From the IMG/VR virus record IMGVR_UViG_3300020477_000009: 32,619 bases of DNA, one strand, 5' to 3'. Under the pieces are notes generated by a model, which saw only the letters and a program-made list of their open reading frames with translations, was not told where the DNA came from and searched no databases. This document shows, piece by piece, positions 1 through 6,799 of this stretch. The stretch is from a virus. The translations under genes and the position numbers were made by a program. Positions within the stretch are counted from its first letter, which is position 1; the number at the start of each line of letters is the position of its first letter.

Positions 1-77
1 GGTGAAAATCGTTTTTTATCTCCCCATAGTCAAACCAAAACTCCTGGTGTTATTCTCTTAGATGATGGAAGTATTTA
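1..77. repeat. Left copy of the 77-bp terminal overlap (identical to 32543-32619). It marks a circularly closed contig.
   Basis: Read directly: ggtgaaaatcgttttttatctccccatagtcaaaccaaaactcctggtgttattctcttagatgatggaagtattta is present at both ends of the window. Confidence 0.95.
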
Positions 78-1305
78 TTCGCATCATGCAGGGGATTTGT
101 TAGGTGATGGACATTCTCACGATGCTTTCGATGTGGCAAGGATATTAGAAGCAAATGGAGATTGGAAAACAGCATTTAATAATGCCAGGAGTGATTTAGG
201 CATACCCCTAGTCACTTATGAAAAACCCATTGATATAAGGGCTTTTAAATTCTTCCACGCCAGCGAGGCCATTAGTAATGCTACCCCTCCAAAGTGGGTG
301 ATTAAGGGCATTTGTGAAGAAGATTCTTTGATAGGTATTTTTGGACCTCCTAAGAGTGGAAAGTCTTTTATAACAGTAGATATGGCGTGTTGCGTAGCTA
401 CAGGAAGGACTTATCACGAAAAAAAGACAAAAGAGGGATTAGTATTGTATTTAGCAGGTGAAGGACATAGAGGGTTATCTAGGAGGTTGTTAGGTTGGGA
501 AATGGTTAATGGTACTGAACTCAAAGATTCTAAATTACACTATTCAGAGAGAGGGGTGCAGATCTTAGACGAATTAGACGCTGAAATGATGCGTAATGAA
601 GCATTAACTTTGGTAGATACTTACGGAGAAGCACCTAAATTGGTTGTAGTAGATACATTGGCGAGAAACTTTGGTCCTGGAAATGAAAATTCTACTGAGG
701 ATATGAATAGATTTGTAGCGCAAATAGACAGGTATTTAAGAGAAGAGTTTAGGTGTTGTGTAATATTAGTTCATCATACAGGACATCATCAGCTTGGTAG
801 GGGGCGTGGTTCAAGTGTATTACCAGCAGCTTTAGATTGGGAGTATAAAGTAGATAAAATAGATAATGAACTATCAGAAGATTGGTCTTTGAATTTAGAA
901 CAAACCTTAGTAAAAGACGGCAAACCATTAAACCCCATGCGATTTGAGTTCCAAGAGACTGAATTTCACAATTTACTTGATGAAGATGGATCTCCCACTA
1001 CTTCTGGTGCGTTAATTACGGGTATATATGTAAAGCCAAAAGCCACTAAAGAGTTAGGTAAGAATCAACAGGTGGTACTTGATGCTATTAAAGATTTGTA
1101 TCACAGGAAGGTGAGAGAGGTTAGAGAAGGTGGGGAAGATGTTTACGATGTTTCGGTTAGTCAAAAAGAGTTAAAAGCACACATAGGCGATGATATGGAA
1201 AGATCTAGTCTGCATGAAGCGAAGAAATCTTTAAATGAAAAACATAAATTAATTGAAAAAACAGAAGATGGTAATTATGTGCCTACAGATAGAGAATACT
1301 TTTAA
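1..1305 (+). CDS. Replicase, C-terminal part: a linker plus a RecA-fold (RepA/AAA_25, DnaB-like) helicase domain. The N-terminal part is 31841-32542 across the circular junction (668 aa in total).
   Basis: Frame 1 is open from base 1 (GENRFLSPHSQTKTPGVILLDDGSIYSHHAGDLLGDGHSHDAFDV...). It joins in frame to 31841-32542 through the overlap. Motifs: Walker A GPPKSGKS (nt 343-366), Walker B-like KLVVVDTLAR, and ILVHHTGH. Stop TAA at 1303-1305. Confidence 0.85.
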   Translation, partial: GENRFLSPHSQTKTPGVILLDDGSIYSHHAGDLLGDGHSHDAFDVARILEANGDWKTAFNNARSDLGIPLVTYEKPIDIRAFKFFHASEAISNATPPKWVIKGICEEDSLIGIFGPPKSGKSFITVDMACCVATGRTYHEKKTKEGLVLYLAGEGHRGLSRRLLGWEMVNGTELKDSKLHYSERGVQILDELDAEMMRNEALTLVDTYGEAPKLVVVDTLARNFGPGNENSTEDMNRFVAQIDRYLREEFRCCVILVHHTGHHQLGRGRGSSVLPAALDWEYKVDKIDNELSEDWSLNLEQTLVKDGKPLNPMRFEFQETEFHNLLDEDGSPTTSGALITGIYVKPKATKELGKNQQVVLDAIKDLYHRKVREVREGGEDVYDVSVSQKELKAHIGDDMERSSLHEAKKSLNEKHKLIEKTEDGNYVPTDREYF

Positions 1306-1320
1306 TGAATAATGATAAGG

Positions 1321-1446
1321 CGTACAAAGAAACGTACAAACGTACAAAGACAGTAAACGAATTTGTACGTTTAGCGTCAAAACGTACAAAAACCCTATGG
1401 GTTTGTACGTTTGGACGTAGTAATTTGAACAAGGGCTATTTGTACA
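1321..1446. repeat. Iteron cluster: seven copies of the 8-mer CGTACAAA / TTTGTACG. Candidate replication origin or initiator-binding array.
   Basis: Direct copies of CGTACAAA at 1321, 1333, 1341 and 1383. Inverted copies TTTGTACG at 1362 and 1402. One degenerate copy TTTGTACA at 1439. Positions 1381-1390 (aacgtacaaa) and 1402-1411 (tttgtacgtt) form a perfect 10-bp inverted pair. The cluster sits in the 154-bp gap immediately after the replicase stop. Confidence 0.8.
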
Positions 1447-1459
1447 TAAAAGAGATGAT

Positions 1460-2449
1460 ATGAGTATAGAGCCACAACAAGAAATGTTCGAATTACCGAA
1501 TTTAGAAAAAATAGCATTTCAATATGCAAGAAAAAGAGGTATGCCATATTATTTCTATAATGATGAAGAAAAATTGTTGGAGTTTAAAAAAATTCAACAG
1601 AGTAAGTTCAAAGAAGGAATAGTAGGGGGGGAGGTTTTACAGTTGTTTCATGGGATAGGATTAGCGTGGTCATATTTTCCCCATCATTGGGAAGTTCAGG
1701 TTGGTAAAAAGAAAAGACCTATAGACGTTTTTTATAATGATGAACTTTTATTAAAAGCATTGAGATCTAGGATAAAATGGGGGGGGAAAGTAGGAGAAAA
1801 GGGATTTATGACTGATGCTAACTTGAGAAAAGCAATTAGAACTGCATCAGGAGTACAGGCAGTTAGTAATTTCAGACCTGTTGCTGCTGCATCTATTTAT
1901 CATAAATACGCAGGAAACGGAATAGTTTGGGATATGAGTTGTGGATATGGAGGAAGACTTTTAGGTGCTTTAGCGTGTGGAAGGGTTAAAAAATATATAG
2001 GTACTGAACCATGTACGAAAACATTTAATGGTTTAATTAATATAAAAAAAGATTTTGAAGATCTAGGTGTTGAGATAGAAATAAATCAACTTGGATCAGA
2101 AAACTTTATCCCCTCCGAACCAGTAGATCTATGTTTTACCTCTCCACCTTATTTCAATACAGAGGAATATTCACAAGAAGAAACTCAATCCTTTAAAAAA
2201 TACCCAACAAAAGAGGGGTGGTTGAATGGATTTTTAAGAAAAACATTAAGCAATTGCCATAAATCATTAAAAAATAATGGCTTACTTATCTTAAATATTG
2301 CTAATGTTAAACAATATAATAACTTAGAAGAGGATGCTCTTAATGTAGCACATGAAGAGGGTTTTCATTTACAGGATATTATAAAGTTAAGATTAAGCAG
2401 TATAAATGGTGGTTTTAAATATGAACCAATTTTTATTTTTAAAACATGA
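1460..2449 (+). CDS. DNA methyltransferase (N6-adenine or N4-cytosine class) with an N-terminal region of about 140 aa of unknown function
   Basis: 329-aa ORF. It has a SAM-binding motif I-like VWDMSCGYGGRLLGA followed about 60 aa later by catalytic motif IV TSPPY (nt 2138-2152). No restriction endonuclease partner is recognisable nearby. Confidence 0.8.
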   Translation: MSIEPQQEMFELPNLEKIAFQYARKRGMPYYFYNDEEKLLEFKKIQQSKFKEGIVGGEVLQLFHGIGLAWSYFPHHWEVQVGKKKRPIDVFYNDELLLKALRSRIKWGGKVGEKGFMTDANLRKAIRTASGVQAVSNFRPVAAASIYHKYAGNGIVWDMSCGYGGRLLGALACGRVKKYIGTEPCTKTFNGLINIKKDFEDLGVEIEINQLGSENFIPSEPVDLCFTSPPYFNTEEYSQEETQSFKKYPTKEGWLNGFLRKTLSNCHKSLKNNGLLILNIANVKQYNNLEEDALNVAHEEGFHLQDIIKLRLSSINGGFKYEPIFIFKT

Positions 2450-2694
2450 GTAAGAGTGAGAAGGGAATCGAATTAACTAATCAATCTTGGGCTAGAACGT
2501 TGCTTTGGTTTGATATAGAGGTATTAATACAGGAAGGCAGCTATGAGCCAGAAAATCATTACAAGGCGTTAATCAAAGGAAAGCCATTACATGAATATAG
2601 AGATATGCAACCAGACGAACTTATTGCTATAAGAGATTGGCTAACAACTCAAGTGATGAAAGAGCAGATAAAAGGCGATGGTCCAAAAATATAA
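2446..2694 (+). CDS. Hypothetical protein (82 aa)
   Basis: ORF with an ATGA start/stop overlap with the methyltransferase gene. Same strand, compact packing. No motif recognised. Confidence 0.6.
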   Translation: MSKSEKGIELTNQSWARTLLWFDIEVLIQEGSYEPENHYKALIKGKPLHEYRDMQPDELIAIRDWLTTQVMKEQIKGDGPKI

Positions 2695-3241
2695 ACCACC
2701 CACCAATCCACACAAAGAAAAAGCTAATCAACTTTGTGCTGAAGTAGAAAAAAGAAGGGCAGAAATTAACAGAAATTGGGGTGAGCATAGATTTTTTCAC
2801 TTACTTGATGCAGATCTGATGAATCGGTTAAGAATGATGCGTAATAAATACGAAAGAAGTAGAGTCACAAGCAACTACTTAATGTTAGTTAATCATGCAG
2901 AAGCAATGTTGAGAGGATATGAAGTGTGCGAAGCCAACGCTATAGAGAGGGGGCATAAACAATTAGATGGTCATATATGGAGTTATTATTACGAAAGAAC
3001 GGATACCAGATTTTTAGTTGTGCTTGATGATTGTTATTATGCTAAAGCAGTAGCTATGTCCAGAAATGAGAAACCAGAACCGATGGTTTTATCTATGATA
3101 GAAATTTTAAGGTTAATACCCGATGATAATTGGATATTTACACTTAATGCAAAGAAAGAGTTTCCAGGCGCAGAGGTTGTTGAACCTACGAGTGAAAAGG
3201 AAATAAAGAGTATGGGACCAGTTTCTAGCTTCCCCGTATAA
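2678..3241 (+). CDS. Hypothetical protein (187 aa)
   Basis: Long ORF in the same-strand gene run, overlapping the previous ORF by 17 nt. No motif recognised. Confidence 0.65.
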   Translation: MVQKYKPPTNPHKEKANQLCAEVEKRRAEINRNWGEHRFFHLLDADLMNRLRMMRNKYERSRVTSNYLMLVNHAEAMLRGYEVCEANAIERGHKQLDGHIWSYYYERTDTRFLVVLDDCYYAKAVAMSRNEKPEPMVLSMIEILRLIPDDNWIFTLNAKKEFPGAEVVEPTSEKEIKSMGPVSSFPV

Positions 3242-3276
3242 GGTGTATTATTAAACTATGACACCAAGGATAATAT

Positions 3277-3489
3277 ATGAAAGACTTAATCAATAAACCA
3301 CCACATTACCGAAATAAGATAGAATGTTTAGATATAATAAAGCAACAAGTAGATGATGTTGGTTCAGTATATGAAGCCCATATATGGCGTTATCTATATC
3401 GTCACAAAAACAAAGGCGCAAACATATCTGATTTAGAGAAGGCAGAATTTTATTTAAAAAAGCTGATTAAACATTATAAGAATCTATAG
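3277..3489 (+). CDS. DUF3310-like small phage protein (70 aa)
   Basis: KPPHY...IECLDII...WRYLYRHKNKG...DLEKAEFYLKKLI matches my memory of the DUF3310 pattern (HY..e.i..i....KYl.R...K...dl.KA..Yl..l). Confidence 0.65.
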   Translation: MKDLINKPPHYRNKIECLDIIKQQVDDVGSVYEAHIWRYLYRHKNKGANISDLEKAEFYLKKLIKHYKNL

Positions 3490-3497
3490 TGAATAAT

Positions 3498-3662
3498 ATG
3501 TGTGAAGATGATAAAAAAGCTATACTAGAACATAGCATAGAGGAAGGTTTATCTTTACATGATGTGGCTTTAAAGTTTGGAGTGACTAAAAGCACGATAA
3601 GAAGATGGGCTTTGAAACATAATTTAACCTTTAAAACTAAGTCACCCTGGAGAAAGAATTAA
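3498..3662 (+). CDS. Small helix-turn-helix protein (54 aa), absent from the supplied ORF track
   Basis: My own translation: MCEDDKKAILEHSIEEGLSLHDVALKFGVTKSTIRRWALKHNLTFKTKSPWRKN. LSLHDVALKFGVTKSTIRRW is a typical HTH. Its stop overlaps the next start (TAATG at 3660-3664). An alternative GTG start at 3489 overlaps the previous stop. The ORF fills an otherwise empty 172-bp gap. Confidence 0.55.
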   Translation: MCEDDKKAILEHSIEEGLSLHDVALKFGVTKSTIRRWALKHNLTFKTKSPWRKN

Positions 3663-4252
3663 TGGTAAGCAGCATAAGAGTCACCGACAATATAAAGAAA
3701 GTGAACAGAGATCTAAAAAGAGCGCAAAAGAAAAAGATACCAGAAGCTACTAAATGGGCTATTAACAACACAGCGTTTAAGTTGCGTAAGGCCTATATGG
3801 CTCAAGCAGAAAAGAAGTTTGATAGACCTACAAGGTTTACTATCAATGCCTTTGGAGTCAGTAAAGCAACACCGAGAGATATGTCTGCGAAAGTTTTTAT
3901 AAAGGATACTCAAGCAAAATATTTAGAACCACAAATTGAAGGTGGTCAAAGCACCAAGAAGCAGAGATCAGGTTATGCAGTACCAACACAACGCCTTCCA
4001 TTGAATCAATATGGAAACATTCCAAGTAAAAAATTAACAGTAGGTGGAAGAGAAATAAGACCAACCAAGACAGGTCTTGGAGTTTACTCAAAAAGTGTTA
4101 AGGGCAAACCATCAGAGTTATTAATTGTTTTTAAAAAAGCAATAAACTACAAAAAGATATTTCCTTTCTTTCATATAGGAGAAAAATTTGTTTCAAATGT
4201 TTTTCCAAAAGAAATGGTCAAGTCCCTTAAAAAAGAACTGGCTAGAAAATAA
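3662..4252 (+). CDS. Lambda gpZ-like tail completion protein (196 aa), located away from the tail module
   Basis: Its size (196 vs 192 aa) and several segments resemble lambda gpZ as I recall it: IPEATKWAINNTA vs VPGAAAMAINRVA; SKATPRDMSAKVFI vs KRATVKNPQARIKV; and the C-terminal FPKEMVKSLKKEL vs LPKELGYALQHQL. Confidence 0.45.
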   Translation: MVSSIRVTDNIKKVNRDLKRAQKKKIPEATKWAINNTAFKLRKAYMAQAEKKFDRPTRFTINAFGVSKATPRDMSAKVFIKDTQAKYLEPQIEGGQSTKKQRSGYAVPTQRLPLNQYGNIPSKKLTVGGREIRPTKTGLGVYSKSVKGKPSELLIVFKKAINYKKIFPFFHIGEKFVSNVFPKEMVKSLKKELARK

Positions 4253-4447
4253 TGAATACCCCAAAACCCTTATACTATAAGGATCATAGGTTCTTCCCAG
4301 GGGAAGGATTGCCCCAGGTTTCACGATTTCGATATTTTCTTAGACAATATCGAAATTTAATAAGATTAAATTCAAATAACCAAACCAGTTCAGCAAACTG
4401 GAACCAGTTTGGGTTCAGTTCAAACTAAAACCGACAGTTTAAGTTCG
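4253..4447. promoter_or_regulatory. Candidate cos / terminase recognition region (a repeat-rich 195-bp gap upstream of the Nu1-like gene)
   Basis: Perfect 11-bp inverted repeat atttcgatatt (4326-4336) / aatatcgaaat (4346-4356). AACCAGTT occurs twice (4383, 4402). CAGTT occurs four times (4386, 4405, 4416, 4435). Hairpin ccagtt-cagca-aactgg at 4385-4401. The position matches lambda cos, which lies just upstream of Nu1. Confidence 0.45.
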
Positions 4448-4996
4448 ATGGCAGAAGAATTAGTGACAAGCAAGCGTGTTGCAGAGCATTTAGACATAAC
4501 GCAAGAATACGTTTCTAAATTAAAGAGCCAGGGAATTTTACCAGGTGGAAGGGGAAGGCAGAAGATGAACTTACGGGACTCTCGCCTGGCTTACATTAAC
4601 TTCCTAAGAACTAGGGCTAGATTGTCTCCCAAAGGTACAGATACCTCTATTAGTGAAGAAAAAACACGCTTAACCAAAGCGCAAGCAGATAAGGCCGAGA
4701 TGGAAGTGGAAGTTATTACTAGAGGAATGTTAAAGGCACAAGAAGTAAAGGAAGGATGGATTGCGTTTGTAAGTAATGTAAGAGCAAAGTTGTTAAACCT
4801 ACCTTCCAAGGTAGCGCATCAGGTAGTGGGGTTAGAAACTTATGCACAGGTAGAAGGATTAATTAATGAAGAAATATATGAGGTGTTAAATGAACTTGCA
4901 TCAAGTGAATTACCAGAATCCCTTAGAAGCAGTATGGAACAAAACAGCGAAAGCGTTTCTACCACCGAAGAAACTAAAAGTATCGAGTTGGGCTGA
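4448..4996 (+). CDS. terS: Terminase small subunit, lambda Nu1-like (182 aa from ATG 4448)
   Basis: N-terminal HTH (KRVAEHLDITQEYVSKLKSQGILP), then RLTKAQADKAEMEVE resembling Nu1 RLTRAQADAQELKN. It lies directly upstream of the GpA-like gene. The track start TTG 4409 adds 13 aa without support. Confidence 0.7.
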   Translation: MAEELVTSKRVAEHLDITQEYVSKLKSQGILPGGRGRQKMNLRDSRLAYINFLRTRARLSPKGTDTSISEEKTRLTKAQADKAEMEVEVITRGMLKAQEVKEGWIAFVSNVRAKLLNLPSKVAHQVVGLETYAQVEGLINEEIYEVLNELASSELPESLRSSMEQNSESVSTTEETKSIELG

Positions 4997-6740
4997 CCAA
5001 CACAGAGTATTAAGTTCTGAGTCAAGTGCTGAACCTGGCAACTGGCGAAGTAGTCGTGCTGCATATCAAATAGAAATAATGGATGCTGTTCTTGATAGAA
5101 ATATAGAAACTGTTGTTCTTATGTCCAGTTCACAAATTGGTAAGACAGAAATAATGAATAACATATTGGGTTATTACATATCTCAAGATCCCTGCCCTGT
5201 TTTAGTTATGCAACCAACTTTAGAGATGGCTAGAACGTGGAGTAAGGACCGATTAAATCCAATGCTCAAAAGCAGTAAGGTCTTAAAAGGTAAAGTAAAA
5301 GAACCAAGGGCAAAGGACAGCGAGAATACTGTACTCCACAAAAAATACGATGGTGGTTTCATTGCAGTAGTGGGGGCCAATTCAGCTAGTGGTTTGGCGA
5401 GCAGACCAGTAAGAATTTTATTAGCAGACGAAGTAGATCGCTTCCCTATAAGTGCTGGCGCAGAAGGAGATCCAGTTTCCCTGGCATTAAAAAGAACAAC
5501 TACCTTTTGGAATAGAAAAATAGTTATGGCATCAACCCCAACTATAGACGGACTATCAAGAATACAAACTGCTTTTGAATCATCAGATAAGAGAAGGTAT
5601 TTTGTTCCGTGTCCAGATTGCCATGAAATGCAAATATTAGAATGGTCAAATGTCCAATGGGATGAAGGCAAGCCAGAGACAGCCAGATATATATGTGTGC
5701 ATTGTGGTTCTCTTTTAGAAGAGAAAGAAAAAATAAAAATGATTAGAAACGGAGAATGGAGAGCAGAAGAAGAAACAAACAAGACAGCAGGATTTCATAT
5801 TAACGAATTGTATTCACCTTGGAGTACATGGGGAACAATGGCTATTAATTTTTTAGAAGCTAAGAAACATCCAGAGATATTAAAGACTTATATTAATACT
5901 TCCCTTGGTGATGTGTGGAGAGATCAAGGGGAAGAGATAGTAAGTGAAGGATTGATGGCACGAAGAGAAACATACGATGAATCGTGTATTCCCGATAACG
6001 TCCTGGTTATTACAGGTGGTGTTGATATACAAAGCGATAGATTAGAATTGCAAGTCATAGGATGGGGATTGGAATCGCACAGCTACGTTTTAGACTATCA
6101 GATATTTTGGGGTGAGACTTCTCAAGCGCAAGTGTGGGGAGAACTAGATGATTATTTAAAGAGAAGATATGAAAGAGAAAGTTTACCCTCCTTACCTATA
6201 GCGTGTGTTGGAATTGATACGGGGTATCAAACTCAAAGCTGTTATAACTTTGTAAAAAATAAAACAGGCAGAAGAATATTTGGAATTAAAGGACAATCAC
6301 AAGCAGGCAAGCCGATTGCAGGAAGACCAACCCAATCGGGCAGACAAAGAATACAACTCTTCCCTGCTGGCGTTGATACAGCAAAGGAAAATATCTTTCA
6401 ATGGCTACAAATTGATGAAGTAGGACCAGGGTATGTCCATTTCCCAAACAATATGGATGAAGAATATTTTAAACAACTTACAGCAGAGAAAAGAGCAGTC
6501 AAGTTTTACAAGGGCGAGAAGCGAGTAGTTTGGGTAGCACAAAGAGAAAGAAATGAAGCCCTTGATACGTTTGTCTATTGTTTAGTTGCTCTACATATAT
6601 TACAACCCGATTTAAAAAAAATATCTTCAAACAACAAGCCACCTAAAGAAGAGTCCATAAAAAGGAACAATCCAATCACTAATCCCACGCTTAGAACAAT
6701 CAAAAGACCTCGTAAGTCTTTTGTAAATAGTTGGAAGTAG
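4890..6740 (+). CDS. terL: Terminase large subunit, lambda GpA family (616 aa)
   Basis: Segments collinear with lambda gpA as I recall it: SSWADQHRVLS...GNWRSSRAAYQIEIMDA, FHINELYSPWSTWG, YINTSLGDVWRD, GGVDIQSDRLELQVIGWG, RERNEALDTFVYCLVAL. AGGTG lies 4 nt upstream of ATG 4890. Confidence 0.9.
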   Translation: MNLHQVNYQNPLEAVWNKTAKAFLPPKKLKVSSWADQHRVLSSESSAEPGNWRSSRAAYQIEIMDAVLDRNIETVVLMSSSQIGKTEIMNNILGYYISQDPCPVLVMQPTLEMARTWSKDRLNPMLKSSKVLKGKVKEPRAKDSENTVLHKKYDGGFIAVVGANSASGLASRPVRILLADEVDRFPISAGAEGDPVSLALKRTTTFWNRKIVMASTPTIDGLSRIQTAFESSDKRRYFVPCPDCHEMQILEWSNVQWDEGKPETARYICVHCGSLLEEKEKIKMIRNGEWRAEEETNKTAGFHINELYSPWSTWGTMAINFLEAKKHPEILKTYINTSLGDVWRDQGEEIVSEGLMARRETYDESCIPDNVLVITGGVDIQSDRLELQVIGWGLESHSYVLDYQIFWGETSQAQVWGELDDYLKRRYERESLPSLPIACVGIDTGYQTQSCYNFVKNKTGRRIFGIKGQSQAGKPIAGRPTQSGRQRIQLFPAGVDTAKENIFQWLQIDEVGPGYVHFPNNMDEEYFKQLTAEKRAVKFYKGEKRVVWVAQRERNEALDTFVYCLVALHILQPDLKKISSNNKPPKEESIKRNNPITNPTLRTIKRPRKSFVNSWK

Positions 6741-6744
6741 TGTA

Positions 6745-6777
6745 TTGACAGATTAAATATGGCACTTAATGTTTTTA
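6745..6777 (+). promoter_or_regulatory. Copy 1 of the conserved 33-nt intergenic element TTGACA-N8-ATGGCACTTAATGTTTTTA (promoter-like)
   Basis: TTGACA at 6745-6750 and TAATGT at 6767-6772 (16-nt spacer). The 19-mer at 6759-6777 matches 18/19 with 20812-20830. It lies in the 59-bp gap between terL and the gpW-like gene. Confidence 0.55.
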
Positions 6778-6799
6778 GTTTAGCTTATGAGGACATAGT

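Noticed and set aside
1-77. Interpreting the 77-bp end repeat as a biological direct terminal repeat or att site
   Set aside because: It lies inside the replicase coding sequence, preserves the frame exactly, and has a length typical of assembler k-mer overlaps. The genome has a lambda-type cos terminase, not a DTR-type one.
4409-4447. TTG 4409 as the terS start, and TTG 17448 / TTG 22913 / GTG 30422 as track starts of other genes
   Set aside because: In each case an in-frame ATG lies a few codons downstream. It either overlaps the previous stop as TAATG/TGATG or gives an N-terminus matching the family layout. The upstream alternative codons have no better RBS.
5183-5782. 199-aa ORF on the minus strand inside terL
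   Set aside because: It is entirely antisense to a confidently identified GpA-family gene. It has no RBS, and its Ser/Leu-rich composition is typical of antisense read-through in AT-rich DNA.
6760-6775. Sigma54-type promoter reading of TGGCAC in the conserved element
   Set aside because: The GG is present, but the obligatory GC at 10-nt spacing (TGGCAC-N5-TTGC) is absent in all three copies (GTTT/GTTT/CTAA). A -24/-12 promoter is therefore not supported.
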